Part shown: positions 14,173 through 30,333 of the stretch, in pieces
How positions within the stretch are numbered: position 1 is the stretch's first letter
How the letters are laid out: each line of letters opens with the position of its first letter
Assembly (NCBI GenBank): GCA_951406725.2
Contig: OX597822.1
Location: 109,182,001 to 109,246,000 of the forward strand
Source of the DNA: Octopus vulgaris
Lineage: Eukaryota
Direction of reading: 5' to 3'
DNA: 64,000 nt
Translations under genes and position numbers: made by a program
Notes under the pieces: generated by a model
What the model saw: the letters and a program-made list of their open reading frames with translations, nothing else
Database searches by the model: none
What the model was told of the DNA's origin: nothing

Positions 14173-14513
14173 AGGGCAAAAACCACATGCGCAGAAATGC
14201 AGGAAAATTTGATCCCATACACTTTGGGAAAAAGAATGCCATCGAACAACCATTCCCTCTACCTTTAGGGGAACTACTCATGACATCCAGTAATATGTGA
14301 AACATATTGACAACAAATTCGGTTCGAATGTTCACATCAACAATAAAGTCGATATTGTCCGCAGGATAATCTCGTGGGTCCTTAGTTATTTCCAGCCAAG
14401 TGACCGAGGTGGTATTCCTCTATAACAGCAACTGATACAATCTCAAGGAATTATAATATATCAGGTGTTAAATTATAGGATGCTATACAAAAAAAAACAT
14501 TAAATAAGTAAAT

Positions 14514-14940
14514 AGGCGCAGGAGTGGCTGTGTGGTAAGTAGCTTGCTTACCAACCACAAGGTTCCGGGTTCAGTCCCAATACGTGGCATCTTGGGCAAG
14601 TGTCTTCTACTATAGCCTCGGGCCGACCAAAGCCTTGTGAGTGGATTTGGTAGACGGAAACTGAAAGAAGCCCATCGTATATATGTATATATATGTATAT
14701 ATATATATGTATGTGTGTGTGTGTTTGTGTGTCAGTGTTTGTCCCCCTAGCATTGCTTGACAACCGATGCTGGTGTGTTTACGTCGCCGTCACTTAGCGG
14801 TTCGGCAAAAGAGACCGATAGAATAAGTACTGGGCTTAAAAGAATAAGTCCTGGGGTCGATTTGCTCGATTAAATGCGGTGCTCCAGCATGGCCGCTGTC
14901 AAATGACTGAAATAAGTAAAAGAATAAAAAGAGTAAAAGA
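14514..14940 (+). mobile_element. tRNA-derived SINE, full length
   Basis: Same family as 5175-5589; A and B boxes present. Confidence 0.9.
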
Positions 14941-15559
14941 CTAAATAAATTAATAAAAACGTATTTCTGTTTTATTTCCTGGGCTTGTACAAAATTTTGT
15001 TTTGGTTTAATATCATACTTCTAAACTACATTCCGGCTACAATGACAGCCATGGACATATGGAATATCATAAAATATGATTCCTGTTGAAGGTTCTAGAA
15101 ACAACAACCAGATGGTGAATTACTCTTACTGTGCAAACTGTTGTATGCTTTCAGAAATGCAACTGAAAATTGAAATTAGCTTATGAAAGAGTTTCTCTTA
15201 ATCATGTGAATTGAAATGCAAAATGAAAAGGAATTATGAAACAGGGGAAAAAAACCCACCTGACATGCCTAAGTGATAATCGGATATCGGCAACAAACGT
15301 TAAACTCTGTGTAGAGGAAAAAATTCAAAATTTATAGACATCTGTTACCACTTTGATGATGCGTGTGGTGGTCGGAGGATGCTTGATATGGCGATGATGG
15401 AAGTGTTGAAAATGTGAGTGCTGACGGTGGTGATATGGGAAGAGAAAACCTAGTCAGCGTGGTGACGTTATCGGCGTCAGTGATATCGTTGGTGTCGGCG
15501 GTGGCTTTTGAAATTATTCTGAACATTACGAAGATTTCGATACTGACGATGCTGCCGCT

Positions 15560-16440
15560 GTTTTTGCTGTTGCTGTAGCAGTTTCGTTGCAGACCTATAC
15601 ATTTGCATGAAATGTACTTGTAGAATATACCATTCTCCATGCTAGATGAGGGCAATTTCATTCAACCAGACGCGGAATTATAAACAGCGATCATCAACAT
15701 GTTCCACTAATATATTGCATCCAGGTAGCGGTGGCTGACCATTTAGCGATTACCGATTCACACTTAGTTTCACAGATTGATTTCTATTTTGAAATCAGAA
15801 TATCTCTGATGGTGGCTCATACATATCAAGGGACACAATGTCACAGCGCATGTGGAGTGTTCTACCATTCTTCAGTTTGATTTGAAGCACCGAGATGATC
15901 CGACACTTGAGATCCATTTGAAGGGTGTAGATCAATGAGAATATGTATGCAACAAAAGAACGTAAGGAATCATAATTTCCTGAAAATCACGTCATATGTG
16001 TTGTCAAATGGATAAAAACAAAGACAGACCAAAAAATGACACCATTTACATGGGAAATTAGAAACGACATCAGATTCGATGGATGTATGCCCTGCATTTT
16101 GTCTGATTCTATCGAAGTCAGTGTTTCGGTAAGTGTGATTTGAAAATGGAAGCCAGAATTTTGGAACATTGCCGCTTAAAATTTTCTTCAATACCTAGCA
16201 TTCGAAGATCCCTACCATTGACTACAATTAGATCTGAGAACGATAACTTTCCCAAGAACATTTGGAATTAACAAATGGATTTAAGAACATATCCATATGT
16301 AATTTTAGAATATATTTACTTAGTCCACAAACGGCAATGACAGATATAAACATACTTGAAAGGATGTGTGTGTGGGAGCACCCGAGTGCACGTGATATGT
16401 GTATGTGTATATATACATATACATATCAATATATATATAC

Positions 16441-16505
<65 letters not shown>

Positions 16506-17620
16506 TGCGTGTCTTTATGTCTATGACTGTATTAAAGCATTTCGTTGTATGGACATAATTGGTTGATGCAGTTTAGGAATATAAACGGTATTACGAATAT
16601 TGCATTAGAAATAGAGGATGACAGTAAATGTGGGAATTGCAATAAGTAGGAAGATTGATCCAAGTTCTTGACATATAATTGAGATGATTCCACAGACGAA
16701 TGAAATGCATTCTACTTTTAACTATGCATACTTGAATCCAACGGCATTTCAGAATCATTTGATGATGAATGTCGAAGAGCCATGCGCAAATATAGTTACA
16801 TATACCTACGGACATATAAACACAAGCACACCAAATACATAAGCGTGCGCCAGTTTATATATTGCAGCAAGTATATTTGACTCACTACTGGAAATAAACA
16901 TATATAGGTGTGTGTGCGTTCGTGTTTGTGTATGTGTACATGCTTGAGTGTGTGTCAGTGTCTGTCTGTGTATATGTGTGGATATATGCATAGTTGTGCG
17001 GTTAATAAGTTCGCTTATCAATCACACAATTTACTTTGCAATCCACTGCGAGGCAACTTAAATAGAGGTCAAATACCTATTTACATCAGTAAAGAGAAAT
17101 AAACGTCTTTGGTCAGGTTGATATTATCATTATGTACTTGAGAACCCCATGGCTTCTATAATTGATATTTATATTTATTCTTGTGCAGCGATGTTAATGA
17201 TTTTCATATAAATCCTAAGGCCACTTTTGATTGCGCGTCTCGGATAAAGAATGATATCTTTGCTAATTTTGAGAAAACGTCCATGCAAGTATTATAAGAA
17301 TTTCCAACAGAAACTGAACATTTCCTGTAATACGCACTCGAGTAAACTATACGAGTGTAACAGTAATGATAGAGTAAAGGATTTGCAAAATATTTACCCG
17401 CTGTAAGATATCACTATCATATAACGCCTACTTTATTAATCTTTCGTTGCTCCATTACAAAACCTTGATATAAGGTACCTACAATGAAACGAAGTTATAT
17501 GAAGCACACAAGAAAAGACAACAACATGTCATATAAGGCCTACTTTATTAATCTTTCGTTGCTCCATTACAAAACCTTGATATAAGGTACCTACAATGAA
17601 ACGAAGTTATATGAAGCACA
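15560..17620 (-). pseudogene. KIF23: Decayed kinesin-6-like copy K6
   Basis: ITGN..TCMDVF (~17290), YVFGVLV..SVGICNYI (~16840), SSISNAIF (~16618), GKLSFSDL (~16252), DRIRQ.AG, PPLPGCNIL..DD..IIPRLVE (15740-15661; cf. [22 protein letters not shown]). Confidence 0.7.
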
Positions 17621-17641
17621 CAAGAAAAAACAACAAAATGT
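17417..17641 (+). repeat. 112-bp tandem duplication
   Basis: 17417-17528 is near-identical to 17529-17641. Confidence 0.95.
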
Positions 17642-19080
17642 GTGCATGTTTTGTTTTTCTGATTGTAAATCAATTTTCTCCTTCTGAATTATTAAGTAAG
17701 TTGTTCCTGCTTGCTGATGGCTATGACGTTATCAGCTCCAATTGTTCACAGCGCTGTGGGTATTTCTGGCTTTTCGTCTTAAGATCATTAACAAATTAAC
17801 AGAGCTTAAAAATTGTGTTTTCATGTTGTCTAGGTTATAATTAGCATTTCTGTTCTCCTAATGAAATAACAAAGAAATTTTAGAGTTCACATACCAGTGC
17901 TATAAACAAATAACAGCTTCTTCAAATTTATTTTGGAAACAAGTATACATTTCGGGTAATTTTCTGCGAGACTATTTCAATAGAATTTGTATTCTTTCAG
18001 TCACTGCATGGTGGGGTAGCTGATAATTTTAGTCAGTTTCCCAGTAGAATATACCATTCTCCATGGTTGATGAGGGCAATTTCATTCAACCAGGCGCGGA
18101 ATTATAAATATCGATCATTAACTCCAACATCAGCGACGTGGGAGTTAGAGAACTCTACAATTTCTCCAAAGGAAACCATAACCTGAAAAGTTTTGTAGTA
18201 TTCCGTTTTTAGCTGAAACAACATCATCACCCTTTTAGCGTTCCCTCCGATACAATCTTCCAGTCAATTTTCCTGCTGTAATAGTAATTTTATCATTAAA
18301 TGATATTTTGGAAGCAGAATTTCTAAACTTCTAATTAGAGTTAGAAACGACGCATTTGTGTGATATTCCCTTTCCCTCAAAGTAGTCAAGTAAACAGTGA
18401 AATTCCACTGTACAGAAGGATTTCATTTTCGAATTAATAGAGCAATATCCTGTTAGTTGATTAGATGTGATTGATGTTTACATTACTTAGTTCCTTAATA
18501 TTATTTGTTGTCCAATTTATATTCTTATTTCATTTCAGATTGGTTTCACCATCAAAGGGGAACTCGAAGTTATTCTTTCTGTTACGGTTAAAGTTTTCAT
18601 CTTTTATTTCCTTATTGTTTATATATAAGATTTGTTTTACGTTTAGATGTCTATAATAAAGGACTACATAGAAAAAAAATCACTTAAAGGATTATAAACA
18701 AGACAGCACGTCATATATGGGAATTCCAAAGGGATTACTATGGACATCTTATTCGAAAAGGCTTCAACACAACTCAAACAGTTCTATATACCATTTCTGT
18801 TGTTATTAATTCTTTAGTCCAAATCTAACCTAACTTAGCAAACATAATTAAAGGTATTCCAAACCTGATCATACATGCTTATTGGAGTACATGCCCCATT
18901 CTACATTTCCCTATTTCAGGTATCTTGAAGGTTATATCCCCTTGCTTTTATCACGAACAGTATAACTCTCAAGATTTGCTACCTGACACACATTGCACAG
19001 GAGCTACCATTGATTCTCGTATAAGCTAATTAGGTATGGGCTGATGTCAAAATACGTGTAAAATTGCGTTCTTTCTAAAT
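17640..19080 (-). pseudogene. KIF23: Decayed kinesin-6-like copy K7
   Basis: ELFELC..DVHS (~18785), NFNRNRKNNFEF, LRE..NASFLTLIRSLEIL (18380-18315), KLT, LEDCIGGNAKRVMM (18263-18222), YYKTFQVMVSFGE, IIPRLVE, coil-like tail ~17780. Confidence 0.72.
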
Positions 19081-19212
19081 TATGTAATTCGTCCATATGC
19101 ACTGTTACCTTTGTAATACGAAATGTAGAAACAACGTATTAGAAAGAAGAATGTACACGATACTCCTGCTATACAAGATATTATTTAATGTATGTGTATC
19201 TTGTATCTGATG

Positions 19213-19253
<41 letters not shown>

Positions 19254-19256
<3 letters not shown>

Positions 19257-19420
19257 CGCAGGAGTGGCTGTGTGGTAAGTAGCTTGCTAACCAACCACAT
19301 GGTTCCAGGTTCAGTCCCACTGTACAGTGGCATCTTGGGCAAGTGTCTTCTGCTATAGCCCCGGGCCGACCAGTGCCTTGTGAGTGGATTTGGTAGACGG
19401 AAACTGAAAGAAGCCTTTCG
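19254..19420 (+). mobile_element. SINE 5' half (ends in internal microsatellite)
   Basis: A/B boxes; matches the family up to the internal (TA)n; 3' half absent. Confidence 0.88.
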
Positions 19421-19422
19421 TA

Positions 19423-19460
<38 letters not shown>

Positions 19461-20199
19461 CGTATATATATATAGACATATATGTATATATATATACATA
19501 TATATATATATGTATATATATAAATATATATATGTATGTATGTATATATATATATATATCTTTATATATGTGTGTGTGTGTGTGTGTATACATATATATA
19601 TGTATGTATGCATGCATCTATATAATTTTAGTAGAGTGCTAATCGTACTTGCTCTGTGTGTACGGCGCTGATAACATTCGGATTTTTGGTTTTGTTTGGT
19701 GTATATGTATTTCATTGAATATCCACAAATACACAGAAATGAATGCAAGAATAGAAGCAGTATAAGATTAAAATATCCATCAACGTTTCATACTTATAAA
19801 TGCTTCATTGACATGCAACTTACTGCGGTACATGTCCAGGATAATACCTGTCAAAATACGTGCAAATCGTATATCGTATAGAAATGAAAACCTCTACAGC
19901 AGTGCCTAGCATTGCTGCATGTTAACACAAACTGTATGGGCGTGTTGTGCGCGTGTTTTGTTTGTGGTGTTGGTCTGTGTGTTTGTGTGTGTGTTTGTAT
20001 GTGTGAGTGTGTATATCGGAGGGTTATTATCCATAGCTGGAAGAATACTGCTTTAAATAATAATTAAGTTTCACTCATCACCGCCTAAGATAAAATTCTA
20101 AACTATCTCCCTTATCTATACAACAAAAGGATTTTTAAATTGCCCAGTGAAAACTTCTGGCTCTACTGTTTCATATTATATCAAAGAGAGAAGAAACAC

Positions 20200-20475
20200 A
20201 CGGACAGACAGCAGCGTATCTGACGCCGCAACAATTCATGCATAACCTTTCATCCATATGGTTCAAAAGCAGACTGCCAACGAGAACCGTTACCCAAGGA
20301 CTGCAATTTGTCTGTGTGAACTATCAAAACTGTGTTGCATTCGTGTTGCATTCGTTAAGTCGTATGTACTAAAGAGAGACCAATTCATGTTTGCAAATAT
20401 ACAGAAAAAAACGATTCATCTGTGCCGAGCTGTTCATCCAGAATGTTTAAGAGCTCTCACAACCATGACATACAT
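20200..20475 (+). mobile_element. Possible piggyBac-like transposase C-terminal Cys-rich remnant
   Basis: Frameshifted ..KDCNL..RET..HLCRAVHPEC..H pattern; weak. Confidence 0.25.
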
Positions 20476-20559
20476 TGACTTTCTTCTGATGAGGAAAACG
20501 TCAACCAAATCAAAGCTATAACAGGGGATATATTAGAAGGTTATGTGCAGATGCTTCTG

Positions 20560-20950
20560 ATATTCTCAAAGCAGAGCACACTAAATTTTCAGAAACAGTG
20601 GTTAGTAATGAAGGTCAATTTAATCCCTTCCCATTTTCTACAAGGTTTTAATATTAATAGTAATGGATATGTGGGCCTGCTGTATTCACTAATTATGTCA
20701 CGAACGCTGAATTAGGATTGGAATACCAAACATGTTATAAAGGCACAACAACTTAACAGAGAAATGGATGTCTAACAACCTTCACAATCATGTGACTACA
20801 AATTTGTGGCCTCCAAAGTTACTAAATTTAAAAACTACCAAAGGCTAATATGATTGGAGCGTTGTTGAAATGGAGAGTAGGTGACATTCTTACAATAACA
20901 TATATTCACTGAAGGCGGACGTCGTGCAGCTAAGGACTATTTAGTACGGA
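20560..20950 (+). mobile_element. Tc1/mariner-superfamily transposase remnant
   Basis: KWMSNNLHNHVTTNLWPPKLLNL...WSVVE (cf. WPPNSPDLNPLDY..WS.VE). Confidence 0.6.
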
Positions 20951-21660
20951 CATACCAACGATGTCGTTCCTGCATTGAAGTGATCGTCGATGTTGAGAGC
21001 GGATACATAAGATAACATTAAGAACATTATCACAAACATCGACACACAGACACACTCACGCACGCACGTGTGTACATATATGCACATACTCATATAAACA
21101 TATTTTATAGATGCATACGTACATATATTTACGTAGGTATTTAAGTAGATGGAATTACGTGTACATATGTATGAAAATACGCATATACACATAGACACAC
21201 ACACACACACACATGTATTTAGGTATATTTGTATGCTTTTGTCATTCGTAAGTCTTCTTCCTAGAAGGAGGAAAATGGTTTCTTACAACGTAACAAACGC
21301 TAGGATTTGGATGACTATAACAATAATTATTAACATTTAAGATGTCTGCTTTTCTTGTATACTTTACTGTAATAGATACAATAGGTGTTACATATGGAAG
21401 CGTGTAAGTATGTAGTTATGAATCTTTGTATTTGAGCATGGATGATGTCTGGTTTGGTTTATTATAAAATTAACTAAGACAAGATAAACAGGAATGGAAG
21501 CCAAATCTCCCGCGTACTAGCAAAACATTCTGCCACACAAGTATATACGCATATGATAATAATGATACTCATGATGATATGAGTATCATGTCGTGATATA
21601 CTGTGTACTCATCATTTTGTGATTTTGATAGATATACATATGCATGATACACACACACAC

Positions 21661-21712
<52 letters not shown>

Positions 21713-21816
21713 ATATATATATATATATATATATATCAAAATAAGCAAAAGAATATCTTGGGTAATTTAGTACGATCGTTTCACGCCACATCATTTTAGT
21801 AAACATTGTATAACAA

Positions 21817-22004
21817 CAGTTTTAAAATGTTGAGCAGTCATCAGCCATGTATAGAGGTTTTCCATCGATACACATACATTTTTTATGTTAATTGGAAGGT
21901 TATATCTACCCTCTTTATAATGTTATCAATTAACATAAAAATAAGTATGTGTATTGATGGAAACCTCTATAAATGGCTGATGATTGCTCACCATTTTAAA
22001 ACTG
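21817..22004. repeat. Fold-back inverted repeat (78-bp arms, 32-bp spacer)
   Basis: 21817-21894 versus reverse complement of 21927-22004. Confidence 0.9.
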
Positions 22005-22122
22005 CTGTAATACTTACAATGTTAAATAAAATGATGTAGCGTGAAAAATCACCCCATGTATTTATAGGGATAACACCACACAAACTTCTGGTGCATCTAG
22101 CTTAAGTACCATATTCATTTGA

Positions 22123-22219
<97 letters not shown>

Positions 22220-23180
22220 GATATATAGATAGATAGATAGATAAATATATATATATATATATATATATAGATAGATAGATAGATAGATAGATATAGATAT
22301 ATATACACATACATACATGTATACACGCATATAAATATAAGTGGGTAGTTAGGTAGATAATTATAAGTATATATGCAAATGTAGCGTAGACACATACTCA
22401 TACACGACCATGCACACCGATACACACTCACTTTGCAAAAGGGAAAGTTACAGCTTATGTATTTTGACGTAATGTTACATTCCAGCAAATGTATATGAAA
22501 TTACATTGATATACGTTTCTAGTTTTTTGTGGGGGTTTCTTTCGTGTCGTGTATATTCTTTTAAACTTATGTAGATAGATTCAATGAATTTTAGCGATAA
22601 GGAATCAGACTGCTGCAGAAGAATTCAAAAGGTACTTTTTATATCAGCTTACAATATAACAATGAATAAATAGCGTGACAATTTACAATTTTACACTTTT
22701 CCTCATACTGTTAGCTTTTGTCCTTACTATGCAAATAAGGCATTTTCCTTTAAATCACGATCATGTTCAATTTTGTTGTTTGGAATTTCATTATTCTTAT
22801 TTAGTTAACATTTATTCCCAACTTGTTTTTTCGCTTTTCCTTTACCATGCACCAATCCAATATCTCTTCTTGCTTAGTTTACATATCTTATCATTTGAAG
22901 TGTGTTCAATATATTTGAAAACTTTTCAATTGTATCAATGATCCTAGACAATATAAACTTCGCTCATGTTCTTAACCATAGTAATCGTGACCATGTAAAA
23001 CCATATATAATAGACGCCTTCTTTTTAAGTTTTATAAAATATCTCTTTACACTATAATAACATGATTTTGCATTGAATATAGATAGGAAAAAACAAATTC
23101 TTAAATAATTTCGCATGATTATGTATCACTATCAACACCAGTGCAATTCTATAAATATAACTGGTATTATACAGTTTTAT

Positions 23181-24125
23181 ACTTAAGAGATGAAGAATTA
23201 TGTACATTATTTACGTTATTTGCATTTGGTTGAAGAAAAATAAGTGACAGACACCATCTAAAAGAACACACTAGTATACCAATAAGAAACTTGATGGAAG
23301 TGTTGACCTTCTGTAAGAACCTACCTGTATGGACATTGATATACATTTACACGAAGAGGGTTTAGCTATGGGTTCGCCATTATCATCGATAATAGCCAAT
23401 ATATACACGGAATACTTTGAGAATTTGGTTTTAGGATCAACACCATTAAACCAACCCTATGGCTGCGATATGTTGATTACACCTTTATACTCTGGCACCA
23501 CGAAAATGATGTCCAAGTGCTGTTAGACCATGTGAACTCAATAAAGCCACCCGTAGAGTTCACAATTGGAAAGGAAAAAGACAATCAGCTAAGTATTAAT
23601 AACACGCACGAAGTATGGATTCAGGACATCCGTATACTGCAAGTCGACCTTCACTGGACGATACCTCAACTTTAATTCCCACCATCCATACAATGGATTG
23701 TGGAATTGCTTATTGCCAAAAACCTGAAGAAAAATATAAGTAGCGATCGTGATACACACCACGAAGAAATGACCAAGCTCACTAACAATATATTAAGCAA
23801 GAACTACACCAAAAACATACTTCCGCTCCAATTATGAAGAAAGGAGAGGATGATACCAATAGACTGTCCACAGTCTGTCTAAACAATGGAAATGCCTCTC
23901 CTAAAAAATAAAAAAGATATGCGACCCATATGACATCGGGACAGTATGCAATACTTCGCAAATATCTCCTTCAAGTAAAACCACAAATAGAAGGGAAAAT
24001 GACCGAAACACTGTGTGTACTCCATCCCATGCAGCTGTGGTAGGTTATACAAAAGCCAAACATGCCGCCCTCTCAAAATAAGGTTAGACAAACATCGGAA
24101 AGCTGTGACACGGGGAGATATTGAA
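23181..24125 (+). mobile_element. Degenerate Penelope-like retroelement (RT + GIY-YIG) with inverted terminal piece at its 5' end
   Basis: EEGLAMGSPLSSIIANIYTEYFE, WLRYVDYTF, FTIGKEKDNQL, VYCKSTFTGRYLNFNSHHP, CVYSIPCSCGRLYKSQTCRPLKIRLDKH; frameshifted. Confidence 0.92.
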
Positions 24126-24649
24126 GCATTTTACAGGGTTGCCTTTAAACAGCTTTTTCCCGAAATATTTTGAAATTAATTTGTTTCTGTTGACATTTGG
24201 CATAAGTTAGAGTGCGTGACTTATTAGTTCAGCCAATGCACACTGTGCATAGACTTTTGGTTTCCAACATATATTATTATGTCGTCCATGAATGCCTTAT
24301 TGGCTGATAGTAATTCTTTATCAGCAACATGATCTGCGGTATGTAAAAGATGTTCATTTCTTCCATTAGCAAGTTGCATGGTGCAAAGCTATAAACGTTG
24401 ATTTTTCACTTAATCATTCAGTATATGTCGAATTCCAAACATCAGGATATATATATCCAAGATTCCAATACTAAAACTGAACGTTATGATTGACTTTAGG
24501 TACAGATAGATGCTGCAGATTGCTAATAATAAAATACTACCGCAGCAACCATTTTCCCACTCCTTTCATTAATAAACGTATACTGTATGCAAAGAAAGAT
24601 GGATTCAGGTGCATAACCGAGTTCTACATTAAATACATTCCGCTGCTTA

Positions 24650-27599
<2,950 letters not shown>

Positions 27600-28097
27600 G
27601 TATATAGATAGAGAGATACAGAGAAAGAGAGAAACACACACACACACACGCACAGAATGGATAATTGAAACAATGTAGACGTGATGATGAACGAATGATT
27701 GGCTTCGTTAATTTCAAAGAAAATTACTGAATGAATAGAATACATGCGATAAGGATGATGATGATGATGATGATGATTATGATATAAGTCTAGTATATAT
27801 ATACATTTGCGGAAACCATAGGGAGAGAGACTGAGTGAAGTGGAGTGAAAGTGATTGCGGAAGTCATCCGGTGCATTAGAAGAGAGAAGACAATTGCATT
27901 TTGTTTGTTTTTATGTTATATATATATATATTTGTGATTTTTATGATGTCCATAAATATGTATTACTTGTGGTATTAGTTTGAAATTATCTTTTGGCTGT
28001 TATTCTCTGTTTGTGAGACTAATGTTTCTGGCTCTATTTACCGTTCGAAACTGAGCCGTTCACGATAGTCGACATGATTGCACTTACTATAATTTTC

Positions 28098-28149
<52 letters not shown>

Positions 28150-28150
<1 letters not shown>

Positions 28151-28377
28151 CTCTCTTTTTCTTACTGTTTTACTTGTTTCAGTCATTTGACTGCGGCCAT
28201 GCTGGAGCACCGCCTTTAGTCGAGCAAATCAACCCCGGGACTTATTCTTTGTAAGCCCAGTACTTATTATATCGGTCTCTTTTGCCGAACCGCTAAGTGA
28301 CGGGGACGTAAACACGCCAGCATCGGTTGTCAAGCAATGCTAGGGGGACAGACACACAAACACACACACATACAAAT

Positions 28378-28419
<42 letters not shown>

Positions 28420-28579
28420 GACAGGCTTCTTTCAGTTTCCGTCTACCAAATCCACTCACAAGGCATTGGTCGGCCCGGGGCTATAGCAGAAAACACTTGC
28501 CCAAGATGCCACGCAGTGGGACTGAACCCGGAACCAATGTGGTTGGTTTGCAAGCTACTCACCACACAGCCACTCCTGC

Positions 28580-28583
<4 letters not shown>
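28150..28583 (-). mobile_element. tRNA-derived SINE, full length, inside (TA)n
   Basis: Same family as the other copies. Confidence 0.9.
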
Positions 28584-28648
<65 letters not shown>

Positions 28649-28651
<3 letters not shown>

Positions 28652-28852
28652 ATCCTTAAAATCCTTAAAAATGTTTTAGCCCGATGGCCGCGGCCATGCT
28701 GGGGCACCACCGCTGAATGAGCTACACTAGTTTGTGAATCCACCTCTGATACGTGGCACTTGATCAACAAGGGAGTTCGATGCTGCTGCCCGCATCCGTG
28801 TCTCCTGTCGTGAGGTAGGTTCATCTGGGACTCCCAACAAGAAGAGATCCAG
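28649..28852 (-). mobile_element. CR1-clade LINE 3' fragment
   Basis: LDLFLLGVPDEPTSRQETRMRAAASNSLVDQVP (CR1-type ORF2 C-terminus), 3' stem-loop and (TTTTAAGGA)2 tail. Confidence 0.8.
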
Positions 28853-28899
28853 TATATATATATATATATATATTACTGTATCTATATTACTGTATATTT

Positions 28900-30130
28900 T
28901 TCGATTTTGCTGGGTCTTTTTCTCTAATCCAGGAGATATACTATGGAACTTAATCCAACTCTGAATATTCTTCTTTGATCAGATAATATACATTCAGCTT
29001 TGCTTTGTTCAAAACAACTACATCTTTTATACGATATTGTTCATGCTAGGCAGGGAGACAGCTTTACTGCTACAGTTTTTACAGGTTGAGATGGATGTAG
29101 TAGTGCTTGTCTGATGTACTATAAATGATCAATGACATGGTCAATTCGATTTGCCTTTGTTATTGCATCTCGTATTAGCAGAGTTTGTTTTCGTCGTTGA
29201 GATGATGTTTATGAGTATACCTACGATTATATTTAGGATGGTGGATAGCATGCTTTTAATATAGAGTTTACGACGGGTGTAGAATAGCTAGTTGCGACGA
29301 TAATGTTAATGATTGTGTTTATGGTTTGATTGGTGCGATGAAAGCAGTTAAAACAGAACAGCTTTAGAGAACTATCAGTAATGCAAACAGCAAAGTGTAG
29401 AAGTGTGCCACTAAGGGAATTGCCGCGGAGGCAGGACAATTTTGCACATATGTAACACTTTCAGGTTCGTGTTATTCATTTAGAGCCGTAAGATTTTATT
29501 CATTCAAAGCTACGTTTCATTTCCTGTACATTCCTAATTCTAGGAGTGATGTGTATAGTCTTCGATCCGGAAGCCAATCCTGCCTCGACACCGCTTACGA
29601 CAGCCCTTCTTTTTTCCATTTACGTTTGATCTCAATATGTTAAATTTAAGCCTGTGATCGTTTCAAGATATAAAATGAAAGGTACAAGTATTGTTTCATG
29701 ATATGCTGAAGGAAATAATATACAAAGAAGAAACACAACAAATAAAATGAAATGAAACAATATGAATAAAATGAAAGCTAACAAACATCAAAAGAATAGG
29801 TATCAAACTAATTTCAAATATACAGTGTTCATGTTTACAATACATTAGCAACAACTAATATCTTTTTTACCAAACGAAAGAGTTGACCATCCCAAAAGTT
29901 ATGCACAGTGTGGCAATAATATTTCAAACGTATGAAATCAGAATGAAGGCGGTATATCGACTCAATGTAACATTCAGAAAAAACGAAAATGAATAAAGAC
30001 GTGCAGACAAAACATCAATAATATATATATCGAACAAATATATATGACCAGCCTGGGATTCATGTAGGAAATAGAAAAAAAACAGCTTGTATATTCAAAG
30101 ATTGAAATTACAGTTAAAAGCAAAAGATAA
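28900..30130 (-). pseudogene. Decayed kinesin-6-like copy K10
   Basis: NGK..GLASGSKTIHIT (29620-29545; P-loop-like), KQTLLIRD (~29190), IVYLLD (~28944). Confidence 0.5.
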
Positions 30131-30279
30131 GCTGAAATCCTAAATTGTCCTGTGTTCACATAAACAAGTATACATATGAACAAACAGCTCCATGCAGATA
30201 CATATATTTGAGCGGCGTATGTGCGTGTGTGCGTGTGTGTGTGAGTGTGTACATTTCACTGCAGAACGCTCGAGTGTGA

Positions 30280-30333
<54 letters not shown>

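Larger units (their letters stand above)
13080..15310 (-). pseudogene. KIF23: Decayed kinesin-6-like copy K5
   Basis: EFNVCCR (~15307), FNFQLHF*KHTT (~15180), GIPPRSL (~14420), KTLSRETQLMTYVA then VDSTEQ (~14020-13950; cf. SKLLREDKNHNMYVA..VKSTEE), KAHITVAIMNF, IRDEVTLNT, YRNINL, DNFEE. Confidence 0.7.
21240..24620 (-). pseudogene. Decayed kinesin-6-like copy K8 (split by Penelope insertion)
   Basis: IIYGFT (~23011), ILSRIIDTI..ILNTLQMIRYV (~22955; cf. [22 protein letters not shown]), SRYIILFNI (~22044), MLKYKDS*L (~21440). Confidence 0.65.

Noticed and set aside
15620-15770. Cadherin-like reading (NGQPPL; YTILH..GII)
   Set aside because: Lacks DxNDN/LDRE motifs; the surrounding collinear motifs fit kinesin-6 better
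17466-17498. Hammerhead-like TTGATA...GAAACGAAGTT in the 112-bp duplication
   Set aside because: Core spacing wrong and no stem I
21977-22009. CTGATGA in the fold-back arm
   Set aside because: No stem II and no GAAA
28018-28070. CTAATGT...GAAACTGAGCCGTT hammerhead-like string
   Set aside because: Two core mismatches and poor stems
29365-29472. GPI-signal-like peptide CPASAAIPLVAHFYTLLFALLIVL* on minus strand
   Set aside because: Stop immediately upstream, no good splice acceptor; lies within decayed copy K10
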